NCBI RefSeq assembly: GCF_006345805.1 | Contig: NC_043004.1 | Location: forward strand, 93,620,001 to 93,684,000 | DNA length: 64,000 bases | Direction: 5' to 3' | Source: Octopus sinensis | Taxonomy: Eukaryota | Shown: positions 11,590 through 24,469 of the stretch, in pieces | Layout: the number at the start of each line of letters is the position of its first letter | Numbering within the stretch: position 1 is the first letter of the stretch | The notes under the pieces: model-generated | Database searches by the model: none | Told to the model about the DNA's origin: nothing | The model's input: the letters and a program-made list of their open reading frames with translations, nothing else | Position numbers and translations under genes: made by a program

Positions 11590-14187
11590 CTATAAAAGTA
11601 CTTCAAATTTCTTAACTAAACTTCTAAGAAACGTAAGTAAAATTATCCAAACATTGCATGAATGACACCAGCAGAGACTCTTCAAGACACAAAACAACTA
11701 TAGAATGATTTGAGGCCCACAACTTTTCTAAAATACTATTTAAACACTATTAAGGAGTTGAGATGGAGAGGGAGGAAAAGACCTTAAAAGAAAAGCCCAA
11801 ACAAATGAAAAACACCTCAAAATTAAATTCTGGCAGATAAAATGGTGCATGCCTAGAAAACATCAACATCCAGGACATCATATTTTGGAACAGTTTTGAG
11901 AGATTGAAGAACCCAAAATGTAATACTGCAGAAAATCCTGCTAATAATTTTGCACCTAATCACAAGGTCATTTATGGTAAGAGAGAGGGGTGTGATTGAC
12001 TTTTAATTGCAGTATATCACTGGTACATTTTTTTTAACCTTTTAGACAGGAGGGGAAGTAGTGCCCATGGGTCTAACAGAGCCTCTAAGACCAGTAAGGC
12101 AAAAGATACTCAGACAGGAGACATGGACCAAATGCTTGTAACAGAGTGGATTCTGCTAAAGGCACCAAAGACACCATGTGATGGTTTTAAACTGGGAAGA
12201 TGGATTAAGACTACCACCCAGATGGGGCACAGTGGGATAAGCCATGAGCCAGAACAAATACTGAGAAGCATCAAGTTTGACACTTTTCAAGTTCTGCTAA
12301 TCCATTACTTTGGATTGGTCTTTTTTTTTTTACCCTGAAAGGATGAAAGACAAAGTTGACCTCAGTGGGACTCAGAATGTAGACAGTTGGAACAAATACA
12401 GGGAGATATTCTGTCCAATGCTCTAATAACTCTGCTAATTCATGTTTATTGAGCCCAATTGATAAAAGTTAAATTACATGACAGGATATTTAAATTTAGA
12501 ACCAAGTGTGAGAAAACTGAATATTACAATGTATTTAGTCAAGCACTTGGTGAAATATTGAAATATTAGTACCAATGATATACTAGGAGTTTTGTTTCAA
12601 TCAGCTTACACTGACCTAATAAATATTTGTCTTAGACAAAAACAAATGAAAAAGTTTAGATTCTAACAGAAGAGTGAAGAGAACTGCAAGAGAGAAATTC
12701 TATAAAAATATTGGTATCTCACCAGATATTAAAAGAGTGGGAGGAATCTCAAAAAAAAACCAAAGCAAAACGAGAACAAGAGAAAGAAAGTGGGGTGTGA
12801 GAAAAAACTAAAGATACAAATAATTACTCAATGGAAAATAAATGAGAGAAGGGTTTCCAATAATTTAATAACACTTTCAATAGACAAAAACACAATAAGC
12901 CAACTTTTGCTTAACAACAAACTGACTGAATGAATGACTTTGCCACAATATTTCTTCTAACAGTGAAAGCAACATAGAGAAAAACAAAGCCGGTATTTTG
13001 ACAGTACACAGACATACTGATAAACAGCAGAGTTGATAGAGAGTCAGAAGGAATTAATATTTGAATTTTTTTTATTGAAAATCAAAGTTATTGGGAAAAG
13101 TAAATTAAGAAAAGTAACCAAAATTAAACAAAATAGCAAAGCAATCTATATTTGGAAATCATAAAAATTTGTTTAAATAATAAAAAAAAAAACACAACAA
13201 AACAAGTCAAATGAGTAAATGTAAAGATGAACACGAGGTTAGTGATGTAAAATAATGTCAAAGGTGTAAAATGAGTCAGTTTCCTAAGTAGAAAAATATA
13301 CAAAGTCTAGTTAAATTTACTGACTAGTTTGAGCCAAGTTTTGAGCAAAGAACACATCCTCATGAGTAGTAAAAGAAAACTGTTGCTGCATGGGTGGTAG
13401 AGAGAGCAAATATATTACAAAAAGGACCAAAACAAACCAAACATTTTTTCCTTGCTGGGAGGAGTGATATCATGAGAAGATACCAAACTCACAGTGATTC
13501 CCAGTCACAGTTGAATGGAGTGTCCCACAGTACAAGATATATGGAAAATATCACAAACACCATATATTTGCATGTGCATGCATGCCTGTGTGTGTGTTGA
13601 CTTTCTGGAACCCAAGGTTCCATGCTGATAGAAATCAGCATGTATTCAACCATATTCCAATAGAAAGTATTACTCAATAGATTTTACAGCACTAACTATT
13701 TGTTCTTTTCATCTTTATAGCTCAAGCCTGAAGCAGTTTCGAATGTTAAATTTGTACTTAAAGACTGCTAAATATAGTTTACACCTGAAAGGACTAAAAG
13801 AAAATGAAATACAAAACATATGGTATCTAGTTTTACACTTCACTGCCTCAGTTAAAACCTTACAGAGAGTGATCCTGCTTTGAAAGTACCATTTCAATTA
13901 AACATATCCCTTCTATACACTAAAGTTAACTTCGTGTTTAATTAAACAAAAAAGGGGCAGTAAAGCAAAGGTTAAGTTTACCACAAGCCATGACCATGAT
14001 GTGTTTCGTTCTTATTGAGGTAATTCCACTTAACTGCTTTATTTAATGCTATTGGGAAAAGTATGAATGAAATAATTTGCATTATACTTCCTCTAAAATA
14101 TAGGGCTTTTCTGTCCTATCAAAGAAATATTAGAATTCTGTATGAAGTTAGATTTCTTCTACTATAAACTGAAAGACCATTCTACAC

Positions 14188-14199
14188 CTTGGAGAACGA
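14188..14199 (-). CDS. Candidate 12-nt microexon (SFSK)
   Basis: About 50 nt of pyrimidine-rich tract, then TTATTAG|TCGTTCTCCAAG|GTGTAG; donor weak at +4 to +6. Confidence 0.35.
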
Positions 14200-17100
14200 C
14201 TAATAATGTAGAATAAAATGAAAAAATGAAAGAAAGAAAATAAAAGAAGAAAAACTACCAAGAAATTTATGTGTCCTATATTACATACGGATACATATAA
14301 AGTAAAAACGTATACACACACAAAGAAACACAAACACACACAGAAGTATACTTAAGTTAATTCATTCTTTATAGAAATATATTAGAAGATATTTCAATAA
14401 GATGCTGTGGGACCAAGAATTGTCATAAAGTGTAACATTTAATCTTCAGTGATTCCAATAGGTGAATCATAATATCTACTTCAGGTTAAAGAGTGTTTCT
14501 AAAATGTGAGTTACAAAGATCAAGAGACATTGAGGATTTCAGATGAATGGCTGAGAGGGCAGAAGGTATAACTAGAATTTAAATAAAAATGCTTCACATA
14601 GGAGCAATATAAATTTTAAAAGGTGAGGGTCAATGTAGAGAACTGCTTAAACAGATCCTTTCTACATTAAGTGCATTCTTCAGAACTTGTATAATCTATG
14701 TAAGTGGATATCAACAATTTTTTTACTTCTAAAATGCACGGGTTATAGTAAACAGGAATTTCAGAAACACAGTTTTTTTCTTTCTTTTTTTATATCGAGA
14801 AGGTCTTTAACACAGCAAACTCTGCTATTGATATGAAATGTGCCACTTTCTATGACATTTGTCCCATCTAGAACATTTTACTGAAAGAAAAAATTCCCCA
14901 ATTACTAAAAACAAAGCTTAATAACATGTGAGAGAAAAATTCATAAGAAATTAAGAAAATAATGCAGAAGAATTAGTTAACTTAATTTCAAGATTTAAAG
15001 AGAGAAGTGAAAATGGTTGAATCCAAATCAAACAAATGTTAAACTTTCTCTACACAAACACACATTTATCATTAATAGCTAAATTGAAATTAAAAAGACT
15101 TTAAGATCAGCAAAGAATGTTTATGACAGATCAATGCTCTGGCTATCAGTAGGTATTACTAAGTTCAAAGATTGATTAAATGATTACAATTAAAGAAGAA
15201 GAAAAAGAAAAAAGAAGAAGAGCAACACAAACTAGACTAAGTTGAAGCCACAATTTCAAATACATGCAATGTAAGGCTACAGTTGTTTCAATAGTAACAA
15301 AAATATAAATAAATAAATCTCTGAAAATGAAATCCTCAGGTTAATCAAATATATTAGCAAACATAATTAGATCAAATTAACATTTAATATTCATAATTTA
15401 TATATATTGATAGATGGATGGAAGAATATACACTTCTACATTGCTATGTATATGTGTTTTTTAAAATGAGTTTTACTTTTTAAGTTACAAATTAAAATAA
15501 TTTCAGTTTAGAATTTTGTGTCATCACCATATAAGTTTCTCAGAGCATCAAATCCATAACTCTACTTGGGTTCCAGATTGGTATTGTGATGTTGTTTTAA
15601 GTGCCCAGGATATCAATGAATTCAGAAAGGGGGCCAGGAGAGAGTAAGGCCTTTGAAATTTGGATTACTATTACCCAGTTATTTGAAGACAAAAGTTTTC
15701 ATTTGTGTTTCAATAATTTGCATTAGAGAAGAAAATTTTCCTTTTAGCTGAAAGGTCAGAACCAAAACAATATGAAACACTAGTTTCAACAAATTCTATT
15801 ATAATTCAACTGGATTCACATACTCACAAATCATGAGTTCAAATCCACATCTAGTGGTTTGGTATTTCTTCATAGATAGAAACTATGGGAAAGCCTGATA
15901 AAGGTCTGCACTGCGATCACAAAGGCCACTCTTGTCACACAAAGTTACACTGAATCTGCTTGAGGATTTCATTAACTAACTTGTGCCTAACTTACGAGGC
16001 TAGAATACATGTGTATAACTCAAGAGGCTAGAATACAGCCAGTCTGTAGAATTGATAAAAGAACATTACTTGTATTTCAAAAGACTAGTGGTGGTCAGTA
16101 TGTTAGCAATCTAAAGTTCAGGAAATGTTCTTTATGGGGAGAAAATGTAAAATTTTCTTTTCTTCTTCCTCACAAGTCACTAGCAGATTTCACTTTACAC
16201 ATACTCTTCCATGACGTAAGCCACCACTAGTGTCTTCAGTTCTAGTAACTTATTTTAATGCTGTAAAGTACTAATTTATCAGTAAAACATAACTACTTCC
16301 TTCTCTTTATGGTGCACCAAATTCATTTTCAAGAAGCAAGCTAACATGATGCTATATGAAACAGCACATTCCTCCAATCACTTGTGGGCAGACATGCTGT
16401 CTCAGTACATTGCATCATCTAATCCTACTGCAGTAACCTCAACTTCTCAGAGATACCTGGTCTCTTGCTACCTTCACTCAGACTCACCCAACAAACTGAT
16501 CTCTCTTATATTATGTCCAATGTCCCAGGCCCTGCATTAACTACCACACCCAACCTTTCCTTCCCAAAGTGTCAGCCCTCTGGAATATCCTCATGGCCCA
16601 TGGTTCTCCTATAGTCACTAAATTTCAGGCGTTCAAAAGAACATTAATTGTACAGGCCTCTCTAATCTGAGAAGGCTTGTAAAAGCCATTATCATAACCC
16701 CTTGCTTCAGATCAAACCATGGATAAAAAAAAACAAAAAACAAAAAAAACACACAGCAATGTAGAAGGTACTTAAACTTTCAAGTAACATGTGCCACAAT
16801 AGAACTTAAGCTATAATATAGAATATATTAATCATCCATAACTTCAACAGAATTCTAAAGGAAAACTAAAACATTCATGTGTATACTATAAGTAACTAAA
16901 AAAGGTAACAAAAAAAAGAATTTCAATATTTAAGATGACTGTGAATATAATAAGATTAACTAACAATAGTGGAAATCTAAACTAAGATAAGATCATTCAT
17001 GTGTACAGTAGAAAGTAATAGAGAAAAGAATGACTAATTACTAATAAGTACAAAAACACAAACGGATTAACAAACAGTTGTATTCAAAACCTTGACTGGA

Positions 17101-17338
17101 AATATTTCTTCAACTAATCTGACTTCTCTGAGAGAAAAAAGTTTCTGTTTTTTTAAGATTGAAGTCCACAGGATTAGTACATGTATTGTATCTTTTGGTG
17201 AAGATGGGATGGGGGGGTGGAAACCATTTGAATAAATCTTTGACCAAAGACATATACAAATGATAAAAAAAACTATATTCAGGACTGAATACAGATAACC
17301 ATAACAACTGGTTAACAAATGGCTCACAGCTGTTTATT

Positions 17339-17723
17339 GTGGAAGCACTCTGTCGGTTACGACGACGAGGGTTCCGGTTGATCCGAATCAACGGAACAGC
17401 CTGCTTGTGAAATTAACGTGTAAGTGGCTGAGCACTCCACAGACACGTGTACCCTTAACGTAGTTCTCGGGGATATTCAGCGTGACACAGAGAGTGACAA
17501 GGCCGGCCCTTTGAAATACAGGTACAACAGAAACAGGAAGTAAGAGTGAGAGAAAGTTGTGGTGAAAGAGTACAGCAGGGATCACCACCATCTCCTGCTG
17601 GAGCCTCGTGGAGCTTTAGGTGTTTTCGCTCAATAAACACTCACAACGCCCGGTCTGGGAATCGAAACCGCGATCCTATGACCGCGAGTCCGCTGCCCTA
17701 ACCACTGGGCCATTGCGCCTCCA
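17339..17723 (-). mobile_element. Full-length tRNA-derived SINE (family B)
   Basis: tRNA-like head with A box TGGCCCAGTGG and B-box-like GGTTTCGATTCC; exact 14-bp target duplication CACAGCTGTTTATT at 17325-38 and 17724-37. Confidence 0.9.
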
Positions 17724-18377
17724 CACAGCTGTTTATTAGGACTGGATTAGAAATAATTTGAAGTGGAATGTTGTTATTATTGTTACTGTTTATTCTTGGA
17801 CAGTCCTGATTGAGATGACTAATAGTTGAGAGTGATCTGGGAGTAATTAGATTGTGAATCCTATCTGCCTACTGCCACACACGTTACACAAATGGTGTTA
17901 ATGGGTTTCTTTTTAATTAATTCTACTACTGCCATATGATTCTGTGTGTGAATGTGTGTATCCTTGTATCTCCTTGTCTCTGTCTTGATACTGCATGATA
18001 AATGTAAATGAGAGTCACTGTCATGGAAGCATTGTCGCAGCATCATTCATTTCCAATATTCTACAAAAACAGGTCTGGCCATGGAAGGGAATCCAGTCAT
18101 AGAAAATCTGCCTCAGCAAATTTCATCTGACTCATGCAAACGTGGAAAATGGACATTAAATACTGAGGATACATATATTTTTTATCTTTTCCTTGTTTCA
18201 GTCACTTGACTGTGGCCATGCTGGGGCATCACCTTGAATGGTTTTTACTTGAACAAATCCACCCCAGACCTTATTTTTAAGTACTTATTCTATCGGCCTC
18301 TTTTGGAGAATTGCTAAGTTACAAGGATGTAACTACCAACACCAGTCGTCAAGCAGTGATGGGGGACAAACACAAAG

Positions 18378-18421
<44 letters not shown>

Positions 18422-18903
18422 CGACAGGCTTCTTTCAGTTTCCATCAGCCAAATCCACTCACAAAGCTTTGGTTTGCCTGAGACTATAATGGAAGACACT
18501 CGCCCAAGGTGCCAATCATTGGGACTGAATCACACACACCTTGTAGCTATTCCATCAACTGGATTCATTATTCTATTATAAGTATCAGAAAAAGAAAAGT
18601 TTACAGAAAAGATTTCCAGTCAAGAACTTATCTAATATTTTAAAAAAATTAAGATGAAATGAGATAGGAAAAAAATAAATTAACAAAAATAATTAATGTA
18701 CTTAATGCAAAATCTTTAAAATCTAATTGCACAGTAAGAAACTAAATTACAGATAACTACATTCAACAATTTGCTAATTATTATTCACAAAATGCAGACT
18801 ACTTAGAATAAAAGGTTACTTGAAGATAAATTTGAAACTAATAATAATAAGAAGAAGAGTAAGAATAATATGCAAAACAACTAAAGAGAAAAAAAAAATT
18901 TAC

Positions 18904-19080
18904 CTTGTATTCAAAATTAGAAACCACAAAATAAATAATCTCCACAATACGACTAAGGCGTGTAAGTGGTAGGTCTGACCACCAGCTTTTCAAAACGGCA
19001 TAATCTGCATTTTTAAGTACCCACACAAAACAGATCAGGAGGTTGTGAGTGGCGTCAGCATTCAGCATACATTTTCTGGT
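18904..19080 (-). CDS. DOCK7: DOCK7-like exon 21 ([26 protein letters not shown]...SNFEYK)
   Basis: ATTTCAG acceptor, GTAAAT donor, 177 nt, phase 0-0. I did not find the next conserved exon in 1..18903. Confidence 0.93.
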
Positions 19081-21505
19081 CTGAAATTTAGACAGGATTC
19101 AAGAGAGAAACAATGAGCAAATTGTAAAGAGATATTGTCTGAGAAGTTATAGATGGGTAGATATCTGTGGTAGTCTTTTAGATTTGCAGAAGCAATAAAT
19201 AGTCTGTCCCCTAAAACCCAAGCGGTCTTTGATGATAATGATGGGATGATAATGATTATTAACAATGATCTTAGGTCATTAAGAATGAAATTTTGAACTG
19301 AAAATTTATTTTACTTTATCTCAACAAAAAGCAATGCAGTTAATCAAAGTATGCACCTAAATTATAAGCACAATTTTGCAATTTAATCGGTAGCTTATAT
19401 ATGCCGGCAGTGAAGAATTCTGGAGAGCAAGAGGTGATGAAATCACAAAAGGCTGTTTTTGCATCTTCTTCAGATTTGAAGTTTTTTCCTTGCAAAAAGT
19501 TGTCTAATGCCTGGAAAATGTGATAGTCAGTTGGTGCAAGGTCTGGTGAATATGGTGGAAGACAGAGTACTTCCAAGTTCAGATCTTGTAACTTGAGTAG
19601 CGTTCTTTTGTGCAAGATGTGGTTGAACATTGTCTTGCAAGAGAATTGGCCTGTCCCTATTGACCAATCTCAATTGTTTAATTGCAAGTTCACTCATCAT
19701 TTCATCCAACTGGTTGTATACATCTGCTGTAATTGACTTATCAGCAGGTCTCATGAAGCTGTAGTGGATGACACTAGTGCTGGACCACCAAACAAAAACC
19801 ATTAGCTTTTTTTGGGGGGTGAATATTCTTTTTTGGATTGTGTTTTGGTACTTTGTTTCTATCCAACCACTTTGTAGAACAATACAATGCAAAAATAGTT
19901 TGCTTTTATGTTGTGACAACAAAGAGCAGCAAGTGTCAAGACAATGTGTCATTTGATGCTCATTCAGTTTGTGTGGTACCCACTTGTCAAGCTTCTTTAT
20001 CATGCCAATTTATTGCAGATGGTCCAATACAGTTGGAATTGAAATATCAAACCTTGCTGCTAACGCAAGCATAGTTTGAGATCTATCTGCTTCCACTACA
20101 GTTTCCAGCTAATCATTGGTTTCAGGTCTACCATGGGGCTGATTTTCAAGAGTGAAGTCACCATGTTTTGAGCTGTCTGGGATATGTTGGTTCCACAATG
20201 GAACTCATATTCATAAACAACACAAATTTTTTTATCTATCCATGGGTTCACAAAAATTGATTTATAAGAGAAAACTCACAATATAATCAGACACCATGAA
20301 CTGCATTTCAAAAGTTATGATGTAACTCTTCAATGTTGTAAAACAAAGAATTGTCAGGATAAAACATTAGAGTTAACGACTGTCAAACTTGGTGTATAAA
20401 AAAATCAGACATTCCATTCTTAATGACCTGATACAAGGCCTCAAATTTGAAAGAGGGGCATACTTAATTACATAAATTTTTAGCATTTGACTAGTCCTTT
20501 GTTTTATCAACCACATAAAGTTGAAAGAAAATTTGCTCCTTCCACCTCTCATAAGATTTGAACTCAGAATGTAAAGCAATGTAATTAAGCACCATAAGCA
20601 TGGTTGAGAAGTTTGTTTCATAACTATATGGCTTCAGGTTGAGTTTCACTGTGGGACACCATGGGCAAGTGTCTTCTATGATAATGGGTGTGGTGGTGAT
20701 GGGCAGTGATCAGGATGACAGCTGTGATAGCAGTCTTAAGGACAGTGGTACTAATTAGTTATGATGATATTAATGTTGAGAATAACAATTAGCACCTACT
20801 TTTACTTCAGTCTCATGGACACTGTAATTCATATTCGACACTCTCTCACAAACACTCGAACCAGCAATCGCCATAGCAACATGTTGGTTGATTCGGTCAC
20901 CTTCTTCGTCTTGGTAGGAGTTACGAGAACGGCTGGTTAGGTTCGGGTCATACAGTTGAGGCAGTCCATCAATGACAATGCCAATTAAGGGCAGATAGAG
21001 GGCTGCCAGGCGAGCTTTGATTTCTGGGTTTGAATAACGAATGTCCAAGTCATGGTTGTAGAGGAGGTTACGTATGACATTGATGGCCTTGTAGTGGATT
21101 GTTGTGAAGCTGCAAGACATTATATTATAATAGCAAACATGAGGTAGAATAAAACATAAGGAAATAAACCAAATATTGATTATTCAAACATTGATGAAGT
21201 CGAATATCTCTATTTTTTACCTTTTACTTCTTTCAGTCATTAGACTGTGGCCATGTTGGGGCATCACCTTAAGAATTTAATTTGCTTTGCAGGAGCAACT
21301 GTTTTATCAAAAGCATACGCTATTGTTAAAAGCTCAAAATACGAGAGTAGAAAAACAACCAACAACTGATGAAGGGTCGTTCTTTATGTTGTTTGTCTTG
21401 TTTTCCATTTGAGTTTCACATTGTTTGAAAAATAGTTCATATTCCATGTATTCGTATTTTGTGTTTTTTTGTTGTACATGTTTCATGACGTCCTGTGCCC
21501 ACATA

Positions 21506-21558
<53 letters not shown>

Positions 21559-21653
21559 AGATGTAAGTATGTACATATACATATGTATATATGCATATTA
21601 ATTATATTATTATACGATTGAACGACATGCATCCTCTTCCAAGTAAGTTTTAT

Positions 21654-21690
<37 letters not shown>

Positions 21691-21823
21691 TATATATATA
21701 TATATATAATATATATATATATATGTATAGATGTAAGTATGTACATATACATATGTATATATGCATATTAATTATATTATTATACGATTGAACGACATGC
21801 ATCCTCTTCCAAGTAAGTTTTAT

Positions 21824-21905
<82 letters not shown>

Positions 21906-24172
21906 CATATACAGGCACAGGTGTGCCTGTGTGGTAAGAAGCTTCCTTACCAACCACATGGTTCTGTGTTCAGTCCCACTGTGTGGCACCTTGGGCAAGT
22001 GTCTTCTACTATAGCCTCAGGCTGACAAAAGCCTTGTAAATGAATTTGGTAGATGGAAACATTGTATGCGTGTGTATATATATATATATATATATATTTA
22101 TTTATATGTGTGTGTTTGTGCCTGTGTTTGTCCTCCCACCATGACTTGACAACTGATGTTGGTGTGTTTACACCCCCATAACTTAGATCGGCAAAAAAAT
22201 AAGACCGATAGAATAAGTACTAGGCTTACAAAGAATAACTCCTAGGGTGAATTTGTTTGACTAAAGGCAGTGTTCCAGCATGGAAACAATCAAATGACTG
22301 AAACAAGTAAAAAAATGAAATAATAAAATAATGGCACGTAAAAAGCACCCACTACACTCACGGAGTGGTTGGCGTTAGGAAGGGCATCCAGCTGTAGAAA
22401 CATTGCCAGATTAGACTGGAGCCTGGTGCAGCCTTCTGGCTTCCCAGAACCCCGGTCGAACCGTCCAACCCATGCTAGCATGGAGAACGGACGTTAAACG
22501 ACGATGATGATGATGATGATATATATATATACATATATTATGTATGCATATATATATATTCTTTTATTCTTTTACTTGTTTCAGAAATTCCAAATATGTG
22601 GTACCAAAATGGTTGTGCCAAAACTTCTCATCCCCCTTAACCCTTTAGCATTTAAACCGGTTGTATCCAGCTCAAATATTCTGTTTTTTTTTTTTGGAAG
22701 CACTCCGTCGGTTACGACGACGAGGGTTCCGGTTGATCCGAATCAACGGAACAATCTGCTCGTGAAATTAATGTGTAAGTGGCTGAGCACTCCACAGACA
22801 CGTGTACCTTTAACGTAGTTCTCGGGGATATTCAGCGTGACACAGAGAGTGACAAGGCCGGCCCCTTGAAATATAGGTACAACAGAAACAGGAAGTAAGA
22901 GTGAGAGAAAGTTGTGGTGAAAGAGTACAGCAGGGATCACCACCATCCCCTGCCGGAGGCTCGTGGAGCTTTGGGTGTTTTCACTCAATAAACACTCACA
23001 ACGCCCGGTCTGGGAATCGAAACCGCGATCCTATGACCGCGAAACCGCTGCCCTAACCACTGGGCCATTGCACCTCCAAATCACTAATATAAAAGTTCAC
23101 CGACTGCCTTGTAGTCTTTTGGAAACAAGAAACACAAAGCATGATGAACTGAATTCAAAACTGGTCTTCTTTTTAATATTAGAGATTTAAAGGTTTTGTC
23201 AAAATTTGGTTAAAATAACGCATTGTTCTTAAACAGTCACAAATTTTAACCCTTTCGTTACTGTATTTATTTTGAGATGTTCTGTGTTTCTTTCAATTAA
23301 TTTAAATATAACAAAGAATTTAATAAAATAACTTAGTTATCATTAAGCTAGTGTTACAAACATAAATTGTGACTAAGGTTTGGTGGAAGATTTTAATTCA
23401 AAACTTATGAAAATAAGACATTTGAACTCAGAGCCAGACCTGGTTTTGGCCGGGTTGGTAATGAAAGGGTTAAATGATACTCACTTTGTATCTAGAGCTG
23501 AGGCTAAATCAGACAGGACCAACCCAGAAAGGAAATGCTGCTGTCGAAACTCAGTTGTGAGGTCAAAGAAAATTCCTTTATCAGTCAAAGTGTTTGTTGA
23601 GGCATAAGACATCTGTGAGTTTGTACTAGTGACGCTAGGAGATGGACTGCATGGAGCTGATGGTGTAAGCGGAGTTCCAAATGGCAGATTTAATGGGAAA
23701 TAATGCTCATGGCTGCAGAGGATGTGCAAAAAATCAAGACGCAACCTCATTAGAATAGTTGCATCAGCTTGACATGCGATTTGGCTAGAAATCTGAAAAT
23801 AAAATTTCATAAATATTAATTTGAAGTACTGAAACTTAGATATTTAGTACTTAACTTCAAGCCTTAGACTAACTAAATATTACTGAATTGGAAACTTTAA
23901 CTCATTGTGCCGAGTTTAAATTACTAAATGATAGGTTGCATGATGATACCATTGATTTATTCAGATTGACATGGTTGATGTAATTTATATATATATATAT
24001 ATATAAATTAGAAAAAACCCACCTTTCATCAATTCAATAATGAAAAATTAAATTATACCAACTAGAAAATTACATATTATAGAAAGATTAGATATAAGAT
24101 AAAACATATAACGATGATTAAGTAGTGCAAAATAATAAATAAAACATACAATATATATATATATAATATATA

Positions 24173-24206
<34 letters not shown>

Positions 24207-24436
24207 TACGGAGATGTACTCGCATAGCAAGTAATTTGATCTGAGATCATGTGCTGAAACGAAAACAATTGCAGCGTGGAAGGTGTTTGTAAGCCATTTA
24301 AGAAACACACAAAAGTCGTTCGATTCACTTCAACATTTAAGTTTAATTTGACAAATTAAACTTAAATGTTGAAGTGAATCGAACAGCTTTTGTGTGTTTC
24401 TTAAATGGCTTACAAACACCTTCCACGCTGCAATTG

Positions 24437-24469
<33 letters not shown>

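Noticed and set aside
16965-16976. 12-nt AG/GT segment encoding ISTI
   Set aside because: Acceptor has a poor pyrimidine tract and a competing AG 5 nt upstream; plausibly chance.
17091-17127. Exon-like segment with a good acceptor and an AAG|GTTTTG donor
   Set aside because: 37 nt long with a stop in phase 0; cannot be a coding cassette here.
17640-17723. tRNA-like sequences at SINE heads (also near 23000, 40482, 59301, 60109)
   Set aside because: They run on into SINE bodies and do not form a complete cloverleaf; not tRNA genes.
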